35,831 bases of DNA from the NCBI RefSeq assembly GCF_001194135.2, contig NC_068985.1, forward strand, positions 91,668,152-91,703,982, read 5' to 3'. The notes beneath the pieces were generated by a model. It worked only from the letters and a program-made list of their open reading frames with translations, ran no database searches and was not told the origin of the DNA. Both the position numbers and the translations under genes were made by a program. Of this stretch, positions 1-12,709 are shown piece by piece. Every line of letters starts with the position of its first letter. Positions within the stretch are counted from its first letter, which is position 1. Source of the DNA: Octopus bimaculoides. Taxonomy: Eukaryota.

Positions 1-32
<32 letters not shown>
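1..32. repeat. (AT)n microsatellite
   Basis: Direct reading of the sequence. Confidence 0.98.
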
Positions 33-35
<3 letters not shown>

Positions 36-172
36 CATGCACACAAGTACACAAGCGCTTCTGTGTGCATATATGTAAACACTCTTATTAACGAGATATT
101 TATTTGCTCGCTTGAGAACCACTCACGTGAAACTGGGAATTGCCATCTGTGAAGTTTCATATGCAAAGTGAT

Positions 173-245
<73 letters not shown>
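173..245. repeat. (TAG)n microsatellite
   Basis: Pure gtagta... run. Confidence 0.98.
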
Positions 246-297
246 ATATTGGATAAAATGCGACGTCTCGAATAAGGATAAAAGCAGCAACAACAAC

Positions 298-336
298 GAA
301 GAAGAAGAAGAAGAAGGAGAAGAAGAAGAAGAAGAA

Positions 337-383
<47 letters not shown>

Positions 384-506
384 AGAAGAAGAAGAAGAAG
401 AAGAAGAAGAAGAAGAAGAAAAAGAAGAAGAAGAAGAAGAAGAAGAAGAAGAAGAAGAAGAAGAAGAAGAAGAAGAAGAAGAATAAGAAGAAGAAGAAGA
501 AGAAGA
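298..506. repeat. (GAA)n microsatellite, ~210 bp
   Basis: Near-pure GAA run. It explains the poly-S/F/L ORFs at 123-624. Confidence 0.98.
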
Positions 507-1444
507 CAACCACTCCTGCTATAACAGCCGAAAGATAGTATAAACATAAGTGTTTAAATATACTTATATTGCAAATATACAAAGATACACACATAAGCGG
601 ATTTCTGTATGCGAGTATGTACATATGTATAGATAAGTACGTGCGTTTGTTGATATGTGTGTGTATGTGCGTTAGTATAAATGTGAAATATCCATATTAT
701 TTGTTCATTGAATATGTAACCATTTACAGTTATACTGTAAAAATATATTCCTGAAAGGAATAAATAAAACATTTTTAATATTCAAATGAGCTGAATAATT
801 TTACAATAACATAAAATGCAGATGGAACTCTTAACTTCACTTCTTAGAAATGTTTGTGCATTCTAATAATTTGATTTATTGACCAGAATCGTTTCAAAAT
901 TCGATGTATTGATCGTTAATCAAGTACTTGATATATGTTAATAAAAGAAACAATATAACCAGTGCGTGTGTTACTATTCGCAAAGGGACCTTACCAGCAT
1001 GCAACCTTCTACCTTGAACTGGAACACTAATGTTAAATATTTCTCTAGAGTATTCTAACTTCCAGTAGAGTTCACTGCATTTTCAGTTGCTGTCTTTGTA
1101 TTTCAGCCCTAGGACTGCACTAATTGAGCAGACTTGCAATTAGAGGCGTTCTATCGATGACTATCTCGAAGAATTGTACTGTCTTCGGCTATGCCATATA
1201 ATGATGCAGATCTCTACTGTTAAAGTTAGTAGTATATTATTCGAAGGAGGAGATTCTATACGCAACCTCAGCTGTCGAATGACCGCTAACTGGTATGTTC
1301 AGATGTCTAACTGCATGCTTTTGTAGCTAACACATATATAATTTGATTCATGCCTTATTGCCCATAATCCTCAACTCAATATCTGTCTGACGGTTCCTGC
1401 GTGATTCATCTTCCCAAAATTTCCATTTAGTATTCTCTCATTCT

Positions 1445-1640
1445 TCATCTTTTAATTGTTCCAGTCATTAAGCTGTCGCCATTTCGGGGAACCACATTGA
1501 AGAACTGTTCGTCCAATGAATGGACCCCAGTAAAATTTGTAAGACTGATATGTTTGCTATCGGTTTATTTCGTGTAACTGCTAAGTTATGATAATGTAAG
1601 AAAACTAACACTGCTTGTCAAGTGGTGGTTTCTACAAAAA
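1445..1640 (-). mobile_element. 3' half of an octopus-type tRNA-derived SINE (family A), running into CA/TA microsatellite and a gap
   Basis: Reverse complement resembles the 3' halves at 24820-24974 and 26460-26660 (cttgacaa, gatag..ata, tactggggtc, cagc..aatgactgg). Confidence 0.65.
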
Positions 1641-1718
1641 CACAAACACACACACACTCACACTCATACATACGCATATATAAATGTATACACACACACA
1701 CACACATGCACACGCATG

Positions 1719-1777
<59 letters not shown>

Positions 1778-1949
1778 NNNNNNNNNNNNNNNNNNNNNNN
1801 NNNNNNNNNNNNNNNNNNNNNNNNNNNNNNNNNNNNNNNNATATATAGAAATATATATATATAATGTGGAGAATGGAGAAACAAACACAAGAAGCAAGTC
1901 AACTGGGCTAGTTAGCCATTGATTTAAGTATGTGGAGATTATATAATGA

Positions 1950-2175
1950 GTCATTTACGAACGTTTCGATGTGCCAAATGGTTTGGCAGATCTCTTTCAG
2001 AATGTTGAGGAGTATGTTAGAGTTCATGGTGTGAGAGATGCAGGAGAAGCAGTTAGTGAATATAGGGTGGGTGCTGTTCAAGCTTGAATTCTAAAAACAA
2101 CCACGTGTGAAATGCGTCTGATTAAGATTGGACCTACGAGCTTGAACAGCACCCACTCTACCTCTCCTTTGCAGA
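1950..2175 (-). mobile_element. Probable Penelope-like element 3' remnant with degenerate hammerhead-like motif
   Basis: Minus strand reads CTGAAAGA-gat-c-tgccaaa-cca-tttggca-c-atc-GAAAC-GTT (1959-2000). A 22-bp inverted duplication lies at 2063-2084/2139-2160. Confidence 0.4.
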
Positions 2176-4124
2176 AATTTTATATAACAAAGAATTTTTA
2201 TATAACAAAAGGAATCTCTAAATTACGTGGTATTATTTCTTCACCATTACACATGCTTCATTTGCGAATAGGAACTACATAATTGTACATAATGTATAAA
2301 TGTTTATGAAATATATGTTAAGCAGAACTTAAAAAGAAAGCATTTACAGTGCATAAGTTCAAATTTGAGGGCAATATATTTAATAGCATTTAAAAATATC
2401 CATTGATTATTATTATCACTGAGGAAAACGATGAGAAGCCACATAAATTATAAGTTACGCTACAATAATAGATGTTCGTATTAGAAAGGGCCTAACAACG
2501 TCACATATATTGTTGTATGCAGTCATGTTTAGGAAAGCTACGTTGGAAATATTTCTACTATTCTTTGCAAACTAATATATAATATTAATGGGAAGTTTAT
2601 GTATTATTTTCATCATCTGAATCAATTGTAATAACTAATACTCAGGAATGTAGTATGTGAAGGAGGGATGTTATTGCTGGCCGCATAGAGCATAAACTTC
2701 ATAATTTTGAATTTTGCATGTCTAAAGCATCGCTTGAAACTGGTATGTATACAATCCTTAACCGTATATAGCAATTATTTTTAACTGCAGCGAACGCATG
2801 GGTTATGGCACCTTCAACTCTCTTTCGCATATGACTAATTCAAAAATTCTATAAAACCATATGTTTGAACAATCCCAGTATGCCTTTTGAAGTTGAGTAT
2901 ATTATGCGACAAGTATGGCTTCAGAGAAAACTATTTGAAAATATTCCTTCGTTAATCTAATGAACAAAATTTTTTCTGGAAGCTTTTTTCACCATAAACG
3001 GATTTTAAAATATTCTTTTCTAACTACAAACGCATATGTAAATCGTAATTTCTGCAAAGCGCAGCCAAATTAAAAATTCCTAAAACTGGCAGTAAACCTG
3101 TACACATATAATCGAGAACTGCATTACAGTGGAACTCAATATTTCATAAACAGATAGTTTGAAAAGCATTGTCAATAAAAATATGTACAAAAGTGTTTAT
3201 AATTGTATTAATAAAATATAATGAGAAAATGGTTGCTAAATGCAGATCAGACTTGTATCCTGCCGCAGAGTACGGTGAGATGTTAACCTGGAGCATGGAA
3301 GATGGTTTGTTGAATAATTTCATTAATTGCTGAACATACCGATGCAGCTGTGGGAATCAAAAGACATTTTGTCACGAGTGGAAACACTTATGTTGACCAG
3401 GGTTTATATAAATAAAAATAATTACAAAACAAACTGACTAGAAACACCCAGAAAGACTTATAGAAATGTAGTCTTTCGGTACTTAATTTCCAAAAATAAT
3501 CAGTTTAACATCGCTGGCTAAAAATCAAATTACATCAAATATATTTCCACCACCGCTGGGCAGATATTGGTCGATCAATAATCTTTGTGAAACAAACCTG
3601 AAACACAATTTAAGCGTTATAAAGGAACACTCTGAGGCCCTGAGTTTGAAACACCTTCACTGGACACGCATCTGTACATATACAATACCACTTCAAACAA
3701 AACAAAACGTTCCAACAATATCTGTTTATCATCCGACGTCATACAAACATAATTTCCTCCTATTCATTCATATTGAGTCGTATATCTATTTCTCATCCAT
3801 AATACACCAAGCCGAACTTCACAAAGCTGAAACCAAGAAAGAAGAACAAGTCGTCACAAATCATATACTCACTTCGTAGTGAATATATATATAAAACTGT
3901 ATAATAATTTCGATTTGAAACGACTGTTTTTAAATACAAATGACCGAAAAATGATGAGCTAACCTCAGGCAGAATCGGGTCCACAAATCGATGCTTACAC
4001 GGCTCCTTGTACATCTAATTGGCGACTCCCCTGTCATTTCACCCACATTTAGTTAATATATACTTGAACTATCTAATACATCATATAATATCTATAATGC
4101 TTTTCATTTATCTTTAATTTGTTT

Positions 4125-4300
4125 CAGTCATCACACTGAGGCCAAGCTGGAGCACCGTCTTGAAGTATTTTTCGTGAAATTTATTGACCAGAAGTATTAT
4201 TGTTTGGGGAAATCGTGGTTCTTATTGCATCGGGCTTTGTTGAAGAACCGCTTAGTCATAGGGACGCAAATACGCCAACACTAGTTTGGCACTCATATAT
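4125..4300 (-). mobile_element. 3' half of SINE family A
   Basis: gctggagcaccgtctt is the reverse complement of the aaggcggtgctccagc motif seen at 24946 and 26599. Flanked by TA/CA microsatellites. Confidence 0.7.
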
Positions 4301-4351
4301 ATATATACATCACTCACAAAGCTTTGGCCCCCCTGTGGGTATACCAGGCGT

Positions 4352-4396
<45 letters not shown>

Positions 4397-6004
4397 GTGT
4401 GGGGGTGTGGGGGTGTATGTTTGTGTGTGTGTGTTATCTATGTATAATATTGGTTTAAATATGTTTTCTACCATTTACAGGCCGCCATTGATATATTCCA
4501 TGTCGTAGACAACTGATGCCTAATATTTGAAGTGATATTTCATTCTGTTGGTTTACATTTAGTTTTTATTTTCATAATCATGTTTTAGTGTTGTAAGTAT
4601 GTTAATAATTATTTTCGTTATGATTTGGGCGTTTAGTCAATTTTACTATGTGTTTATGTTTTTATGTGGGAATATTCGTTTAACTATATTGTCTATATTT
4701 ATATTTCATATTTAATAGATATTGGTCTACACTTGTTTATTTCTATGTCGTTGTTTTGAGACAAATTGATGTCATATAGTTAATGTGATATGTTATTGTG
4801 ATACTTTATGTTTGTCCTTTTAATTATGTTTTCGAGATTTAAATATGTATTAGAGACTGTTACGTAACAATGTCTACAGGTTTATTATGTTTAATTTAAC
4901 CTTTATGTCTAGAGTTCTAGTTTGATTATTTTTAGGCTATCATTATTTCCTATGTTATATATTTGCAACTTGAGTTTTCCACTACGACTAATGAATTCTG
5001 TTCAATAAGTTTAATATGCAAGCTTATAAATATTTTTTATGATTTTTAAATTATATAGATATTGGAGGGGGAACATTTTCCCCTTTTTATGATACAAATC
5101 TGTTTTCCATAATTTTAATTTTAATTTTATATGCGTCGTAGCTATAGGTATTAAGCGACATCTGTTTGAGATTTCATGTTAGCATTTGTGTTACGTAACA
5201 ATAAACCAATGTAGACGTAAAGGGAACAAAGTCCAATATGTGTCCTACATCGATGAATTGCAAGACAGTAACTATACATGTTTGTGTAATAAGCAATGTA
5301 TCTGTGTGTATATATATATATAGTTAGGTAGACACACAAGCAGACAGACAGACAGAAAGAGAGAGAGATACACTGTCCAAGGAATTCTACTTTCTAGTGG
5401 ATTTGGTGTCGCTGCAATGCTAATCTCACATAGAATACCACCATGCGACCTGACTTGACCAATAGCTCATTTAAGATTTCCCGTGGCCATCTTAAACATC
5501 CTGTGTTGTTTTGGAGATTTCACTGTAATCTGAGCTTGCATGAGCCGCGTTTCTGTTAGAAGCCGTCGAAAATTTAAGTCTCAGGGAGCCGAGTCCATCC
5601 GTTTTAAATAATAATATATACATATATACATGAACATACCCACACTGATACACACACGCATGTGTATATGATAGCTGTTAACTCATTGAGGCGTGTGTGT
5701 GTGCATGGGAGTGTGTGTATGTGTGTATGGGTGTATGTGTTCTCTTTCTGGAATCAAACGAGCATGATGTGTCAATTAATAAGCAACTTCGTTTTTCCTT
5801 TTCTATAAGTGTTATATTCTGTTTATTATTGCCTAACTTCTTATCCGTTTGAATAGAAAAGTTTCACAAGATTTTATATTCTTCTGACACCAGGACTTCT
5901 TCCACTCGATGATTGTATCATGTGTTTTGTAGCTTCAAATCCCCATATCTGGCAAAATTTCCAGTGAAAATCATTTACAACTTAGTCGTACCTCCATAAC
6001 CACC

Positions 6005-6415
6005 AATGTTGTTGCTGTTGTTATTGTTGTTGTAGTTGTTGATGATATTACTTTGAATGGTGTTGTTATTTCGCTAGATATGATGGGTATTTTGCTGGGT
6101 ACGTCTCAGCTGTCCACAGCCAGCAAACTAAGGTGACACTTGTTTAGTGGTCATGCTTCTTGCTGTTTCAAGCAATGCTGATTTTTTAAGGTGTTCAATC
6201 TTTACATTTCTACAAATCTTTTGAGCCGTGTTGGTAGTTGTGTGTTGATACTTCCAAGAGCACCAGTTACTATTGCTATCAAGTCTACTCTCCTCATTGA
6301 CCACAACCTTCATATTTTCCACTTCAAATCGTCATCGTTGTTCAGTTTTTCTTCTTTGTCTTTGATCATGTTGTCACCGGGACATGTTATGTCGATTATC
6401 ACACAAGTTCTTTAT
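6005..6415 (-). mobile_element. Decayed 3' end of an RLE-type non-LTR retrotransposon (R4/Dong-like) with (AAC/AAT)n tail
   Basis: Minus-strand translation with frameshifts gives CVIIDITCPGDNMIKDKEEK...LKWKI*RLWSMRRVDLIAIVTGALGS...EHLKKSALLETAR. This matches the C-terminal restriction-like endonuclease pattern IID..P.D...KE.EK...IV.GALG...QK.ALL.TA. Tail at 6005-6070. Confidence 0.8.
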
Positions 6416-6499
6416 TATAATTATAACACATTTCATTTATCGATTTCACTTGTTCCTGATAAATTTGTAAGAGCGGACAACAACTAGTTGTCAACGGTA

Positions 6500-6970
6500 T
6501 CACATGTTTTTTTTTTTTCCACGATACATCACATCCAAGTACGAATCTGAAAATCCTCGATGTCAGGAATAAAGCACATTTCTGAGCATGTTGTATCATC
6601 ATGTCAATCCCAGTTTATAAATTATTTCTCAAACCGGGTCCTTAATGCCCCTAAAACTATTGAGATGACACTTACATCCTTCATTGTTCCCATTCGCGCA
6701 ATTTCATCATTTAATGGCTTTATACCACTTCATCTTTTCTAGTTCTTTATCCTCTCATCATCCTCAGCTATGACAATATCTATGACCTTCTTCCCTTCTT
6801 TCTTTTGTTCACTACAAGGACGTCTGATGTCCAAGCATCAAAAGATTGAATCACACTGGACTGTAAAATCCTACAAGACCTTACATTTATTATTCTCAGC
6901 GGCAAATGGTTTATGCTCTTACCACTTCAATGCGCTTTCACACCGTACTTCTCAGGATCCCCAACGAAAT
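6500..6970 (-). mobile_element. Second decayed RLE-LINE C-terminal domain (R4/Dong-like)
   Basis: Minus-strand translation with stops and shifts gives KW*EHKPFAAENNKCKVL*DFTVQCD...PDVLVV...IDIVIAEDD..KELEK..YKPLNDEIAR...SVISIVLGAL...QHAQKCALFLTSRIFRFVLG. Confidence 0.8.
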
Positions 6971-7171
6971 ATTTAGTTGCGTTTTTATGCCACGGGTTGT
7001 ATTCGTTTTCAGTCAACTTGCTACATTTAATCACGCTATAAGAGACCGTTTAATTTGTAATGTCACACATCCAACAACGCGGGCGATTAAAACTCGTATC
7101 TGTTCAGACCTTGTTATAATTACATTATTTACATTTGACGGATATTTGTCCTCATCTAGTTTGTTGTTAAC

Positions 7172-7312
7172 GGGCATGTGACGTAGTGGTTAAGAGCATG
7201 GGCTACTAACCCCAAGATTCCGAGTTCGATTCCAGGCAGTGAACTGAATGATAATAATAATAATAATAATAACAGCAACAACAACAACAATAATAATTAT
7301 AACAATAAGGAT
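7172..7312 (+). mobile_element. Short tRNA-derived SINE / tRNA-like head with (AAT/AAC)n tail
   Basis: A-box-like TGACGTAGTGG (7179-7189) and B-box-like GAGTTCGATTCC (7222-7233), followed by an AAT/AAC tail. No clean acceptor stem or poly-T terminator, so not called a tRNA gene. Confidence 0.75.
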
Positions 7313-9242
7313 AAAAACATCTCCAAGACATTACAAATAACAGAATTTTTCGTAGTTAAGAAATATTTACATTCCATTCGGAAAGATGCCATCTGTATCT
7401 AAACTATTTGGTTCATGTTTCTTTATCACTTTGATGAAAGAGGAGGTAATTCATCACATTAAAAGTGATTTTACATCTTGCGTCAGAATGATAAGTATCC
7501 AATCACAAGTAATATCATATTTCAAATAACGCCTTGCCTTTGATGGTATATGTGTCAAGAGACATGGGTTTAACGAGTTATTTTCTATTTATTGTGCGTC
7601 TGCTTTATCTTTACAAAATAGTAAATATTTTATTGTTCATAGTGGAATATGTAACTTACGAGTAGTTAAATTGACCGAACGGTCAAACGACTCATTGGTG
7701 TATAGGTATCATTAAATTGTCTACATTTCCTTGTAACTGAAGATTTTAAAAATCCAGTTATTGAAACAGAAGGGGTAAACGCCAACTACAGACATGGTAA
7801 AATGTTTTGGACTGAAATATTGCGGCACTAATCTACGTTTTTAAGCAACTGCGAATAAAATACTTTTTTATTTGAAACTATCTCTGTTGTTTTCACAGGT
7901 ATCACCATTGTCTAGAAAGTTGTCATCAAAGCTTAGCATCTCAGTTCTTTACTTTAATTCTTTCTTATTCTTCAGATAACTGTCAGCAGTACAATGTTAT
8001 GAATCTGTTCAAGTATATTGGAATGGTGACGCATATGAAATGATACTATCTCCCTGGATGGAATAAATAAGCTTAAATCTCGAATGAAAACAGAATTAAA
8101 TAAATAAACGTGTATGTCTGTAATTGTGTGTTTGTGTCAGAGAAAGAGAGATTACGGACAGACGGACGGACGGACGGGCGGACAGAAAAAGAGAGAGAGT
8201 GTGTGGGTGTGTGTATGTTTGTGTGTGGGGGGGGGGTGTTTGTTTGTCTCTGTGTGTGTATGTGTGTGTGTGTGTGTTTAGCTGAATATTGAAACCTTTC
8301 GCAATGAAAGAACTGGAATCAGAAATGTATTATATATATTGAAATATTTCACAAAATATATCACGTTAAATGTGGAAATATTTATTAGATGAGATCTGAA
8401 GAAAATGAAGATTTAAACTGCATCAATAATATGAAATCCTTCAACATAAATTCTGTACAAAATTTAAATTATGAGAGATTTCTTCTTCATTGATTTTACC
8501 TGGGAAATATTGACAANNNNNNNNNNNNNNNNNNNNNNNNNNNNNNNNNNNNNNNNNNNNNNNNNNNNNNNNNNNNNNNNNNNNNNNNNNNNNNNNNNNN
8601 NNNNNNNNNNNNNNNNNNNNNNNNNNNNNNNNNNNNNNNNNNNNNNNNNNNNNNNNNNNNNNNNNNNNNNNNNNNNNNNNNNNNNNNNNNNNNNNNNNNN
8701 NNNNNNNNNNNNNNNNNNNNNNNNNNNNNNNNNNNNNNNNNNNNNNNNNNNNNNNNNNNNNNNNNNNNNNNNNNNNNNNNNNNNNNNNNNNNNNNNNNNN
8801 NNNNNNNNNNNNNNNNNNNNNNNNNNNNNNNNNNNNNNNNNNNNNNNNNNNNNNNNNNNNNNNNNNNNNNNNNNNNNNNNNNNNNNNNNNNNNNNNNNNN
8901 NNNNNNNNNNNNNNNNNNNNNNNNNNNNNNNNNNNNNNNNNNNNNNNNNNNNNNNNNNNNNNNNNNNNNNNNNNNNNNNNNNNNNNNNNNNNNNNNNNNN
9001 NNNNNNNNNNNNNNNNNNNNNNNNNNNNNNNNNNNNNNNNNNNNNNNNNNNNNNNNNNNNNNNNNNNNNNNNNNNNNNNNNNNNNNNNNNNNNNNNNNNN
9101 NNNNNNNNNNNNNNNNNNNNNNNNNNNNNNNNNNNNNNNNNNNNNNNNNNNNNNNNNNNNNNNNNNNNNNNNNNNNNNNNNNNNNNNNNNNNNNNNNNNN
9201 NNNNNNNNNNNNNNNNNNNNNNNNNNNNNNNNNNNNNNNNNN

Positions 9243-9285
<43 letters not shown>

Positions 9286-9310
9286 CACAGAGAGAGAGAA
9301 AGAGACGGAG

Positions 9311-9351
<41 letters not shown>

Positions 9352-9440
9352 TTTATATGTGTATATGTCTTGTGTATGTATGTGTTGCGCGTGAGTGTGG
9401 TGTGTGTGCTCAAGTGCGTGTGCGTGTGTATGTATGTGTG
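9243..9440. repeat. Compound (AT)n/(AG)n/(GATA)n/(TG)n microsatellite next to a 726-N gap
   Basis: Direct reading. Confidence 0.95.
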
Positions 9441-9499
9441 AGTTTACGTGCAATTTACATATTCTCATATTTGTATTATTATTTCCAAACAATAAAATC

Positions 9500-10000
9500 G
9501 CTAATTCCACTTTGCCAGCGCGGTTATTATTACATTTGTGATGTCGTGTGTGAGGAAGAACAATCTGCCATTCGATGCAAATTCCTTCTTTCTGATTCTC
9601 ATCACTTTTCGTTATTAATATTTTTTCCGCTCCTGATATTCGAATGTTTTTTTAGGTGACCAGTACACCATCCTAAATGTTTGCACTAAAACTATGATAG
9701 CTTTGTGAGATGTAGTTTTATTGAATTCCGACAGCTCTGACATTCCAGCCTCCCAAAATCTGCTGAAGCGTTCTTTTGTTAATCCATCTTTTCTCATAGC
9801 ACCAACGTATGCAATATTCTTGTCGATTTTAATGTATTTCTTTCATTCATCACTAGAGAAAGAGAAGATAAACAGGCCATTATTATCCATATTTCGTGTC
9901 TAGATGACGATCATTCTTCGTTTGACTCTCAAATACGAACAACCATCCTCATCAAACTCCATTGTGTAAGTCCCGTGGGAATATTTTGGACATTTCTGTC
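9500..10000 (-). pseudogene. Possible heavily decayed Tc1/mariner-family DDE/D transposase remnant
   Basis: Minus-strand fragments occur in the expected order: NDR (9915-9907), GAMRKDGLT (9803-9778), and ADCSSSHT resembling QDGASSHT (9571-9545). Many stops and shifts. Confidence 0.3.
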
Positions 10001-11019
10001 TCTTGGTGATCTGAATATTACTTAAATGTTGCTGAAGTTCATCAACGGAAGAAGCGTGTGGGTGACGTTAATACTATTTCGTTTTCTCTTCTGCAGATCC
10101 TTTCAAAGTGCTTACATTTCTTTTACAAGGCTAACAACACGTTCACTGCTATGACGAAAATCATTGGAGTTAAGATCTCATCCTGTAACTTTGCTGATGC
10201 TACTCACATTAAATTAATAGGTAAAGAATGAGCTACTATTTGTGAAGGTCTATGAGTGACATTAAGCAAAATATATATATTATACTAGTGTCTATGGAAG
10301 ACCGGTAGGATTATTATTCATATGAACTTAAGGATGGATCGCAATTTAGCGTATAATATAGTTATTGCAGTTTATTATTAATACAGATTGAATTTACATT
10401 GGTTTAAATGTCTCTTGTAATTTTAGTATATTTAGTGTTTAATCCAACCTATATCTTGATTGACTGAAATAATGTGGCTATTAAGCTTTAATTTTAAATT
10501 ACACTACGGAAGGCGGTAGGGATTATAATTATTGATGACTTAATAGATTTTTCGCCGTTTAGTTATGTATTAAGGAGGGGGTGTAATTTACTTATGAAAT
10601 CTGTGTATACCCTAACAGCCTGAAACATGGTTTTCAATACTTCAACTTCTTACCTCTTTTTTCGAAACATCTTTATCCCCTGTGATACAGGTCAGTATAC
10701 GCGATGGATAATTCAGTAAATCAATATCCTACCCGTGAAGAAACTTAAATGTAATATTCTCTTTCCTTTTTCCCTATATAATTCTCAAGAGGCTTTCCAA
10801 CCTCCCCACCGACATTATTTTTGTGCAAATAACCACATGTTTGGTGAAAGAAATTTCAAAATATATAGTTAATGTTGAACTGCTTTTTAAAAAAATTATT
10901 ATTTTCATCCCGTTTTTGTTTTGTTTTCCTTTGTATTAACTTTTCATTTCGTTTTGTCTATATTTTTTTTATTTCTTTTATATTTGCGATAGATGTTTCG
11001 TATTCAATTGATAGACCGG

Positions 11020-11020
<1 letters not shown>

Positions 11021-11086
<66 letters not shown>

Positions 11087-11120
11087 TGTATACATAATAT
11101 AAAAATTAATGTATATATAC

Positions 11121-11154
<34 letters not shown>

Positions 11155-11317
11155 CTGTGTGTGTGTGTATGGGTGTGTGTGTGTATGTGTGTGTGTGTAT
11201 GTGTGTGTATGTGTATTTGTGTGTGTGTGTATGTGTGTGTGTGTGTATGTATAAGCTAAATATATATTTATGTTATATATTCGTTGCATATATAAACACA
11301 TACATACATACACACAC

Positions 11318-11367
<50 letters not shown>
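11021..11367. repeat. Compound (TA)n/(TG)n/(CA)n microsatellite
   Basis: Direct reading. Confidence 0.97.
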
Positions 11368-11535
11368 GGGAGAATATACAAAAAATAACAACAGACGAGG
11401 ACAGGTGGTGTAAATAACAAAAGTATATATTAGTATGACGCTCGGGAATACGGAAAGTCTTTGACGTTTCGAGCTACGCTCTTCAACAGAAAGAATACGG
11501 AGACAAGGAGAAAAACACGGAGAAAAAAAATTGAA
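11368..11535 (-). mobile_element. Short PLE-derived non-autonomous element with minimal hammerhead-like motif (copy 1)
   Basis: Minus strand 11494-11458 reads tcttt-CTGTTGA-a-GAGC-gta-GCTC-GAAAC-GT-C-aaaga. Homologous to 17882-18050 in the opposite orientation. Confidence 0.65.
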
Positions 11536-12393
11536 TAGTGTTCAGTCAACGGTCAATCATAATAATGGTCAATCATAATATATATATNNNNNNNNNNNNN
11601 NNNNNNNNNNNNNNNNNNNNNNNNNNNNNNNNNNNNNNNNNNNNNTAGTATAATATTTTGCTTTGATTAGTTCGTAAAATGATATTGTTTGTATTTTATT
11701 CCAGCAAAATTGCACTTGACTTGATAAACACTTGTACTTGGCGTTGGATCTTATTTATGGTGTATGGATGTATTAAAACATACTTGTTCTATGCATCTAG
11801 CTCAATAAATAACTAGTTCCTTTCATGTATTTGCCAACATTCCCATGGAAATGCTCTGAGCCGTGTATAAGTTTCTGATTGCCCCCAAATATTTTTCTTT
11901 TATTTCCTTCTTCAAGCATTTTCATTTCAAAGGAGAATGTTCCGTCTTAGTTCTATTATGATAAGTTACTGTGCCATGGAAAGGGAGTTGAATATTAAAA
12001 TGTCCATCTATATTCTTTGAAATAACGTCTAGGTGTAATTGATCACGTAGAAACACCATAGATTCACATTGCCGTCTTTCATATTTGAAATACAGGATCA
12101 TCCAACTGCATTCCAACGTGGTTTAGTCATTTGTTTCGTAATCATGAGGTCGTCGGTTCGATGTTACTTTCAGGCCATATAAGCAGCTACGTTTTCCTAA
12201 ACCTCAGAATTGAACAAACTCAATTTACGTGAATATGAGTCGATGACACGTGGAATGGGCTGTACCAATATTTTGCATACGTAGTTAGTACAGTTATTCA
12301 AATAAGCGCAAATGGAAGCTCTCGCAGATACACTTACTGATCCTAAACTAATGCTGAGGCATATTAAAGTCCAATATTATGATTAACAACAAA

Positions 12394-12535
12394 GGGGCGA
12401 GCTGGCAGAGTCGTTAGCACACCGGACGAAATGCTTAGCGTCTGCCGTTATGTTCTGACTTCAAATTCAGCCGAGGCTGACTTTGCTTTCATCGTTTCGA
12501 GGTCGATAAAATAAGTACCACCTACGCACTGGGTT
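12394..12535 (+). mobile_element. tRNA-derived SINE family B, copy 1
   Basis: ggcgagctggcagagtcgttagcac...gttctgacttcaaattc...ttcatcgtttcgaggtcgataaaataagtacc. Same family at 12540-12900, 27557 and 30343. Confidence 0.85.
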
Positions 12536-12539
12536 CCAG

Positions 12540-12709
12540 GCACAAGGTCCAACATTTTGGGGGAGAGTGCCAGTCGATTAAATCAACCCAGTACACAACT
12601 GGTACTTAATTTATCGACCCCGAAAGGATGAAAGGCAAAGTCGACCTCGGCGGAATTTGAATTCAGAACGTAAAGAGAGACGAAATACTGCCGGGCGTGC
12701 TAACGTTTC
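12540..12709 (-). mobile_element. SINE family B, copy 2 (inverted)
   Basis: Reverse complement of copy 1: actggtacttaatttatcgaccccgaaaggatgaaaggcaaagtcgacctcggcggaatttgaattcagaacg. Confidence 0.85.

Noticed and set aside
123-772. ORFs with poly-S/F/L/T and HT/IY/VC runs, here and at 1618-1954, 8464-9659, 11020-11417, 14612-15716, 18849-19481, 24908-25243, 29235-29526 and 34473-34737
   Set aside because: They are translations of microsatellites or N gaps, not genes.
7172-7247. Functional tRNA gene
   Set aside because: A and B boxes are present, but there is no convincing acceptor or anticodon stem, and it is followed by an AAT tail rather than a poly-T terminator. Treated as a SINE.
10285-10550. 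Degenerate ~45-bp direct repeat about 215 bp apart (ctatggaagaccggtaggatta / ctacggaaggcggtagggatta)
   Set aside because: Similarity does not clearly extend, and it is too weak to call a tandem unit.
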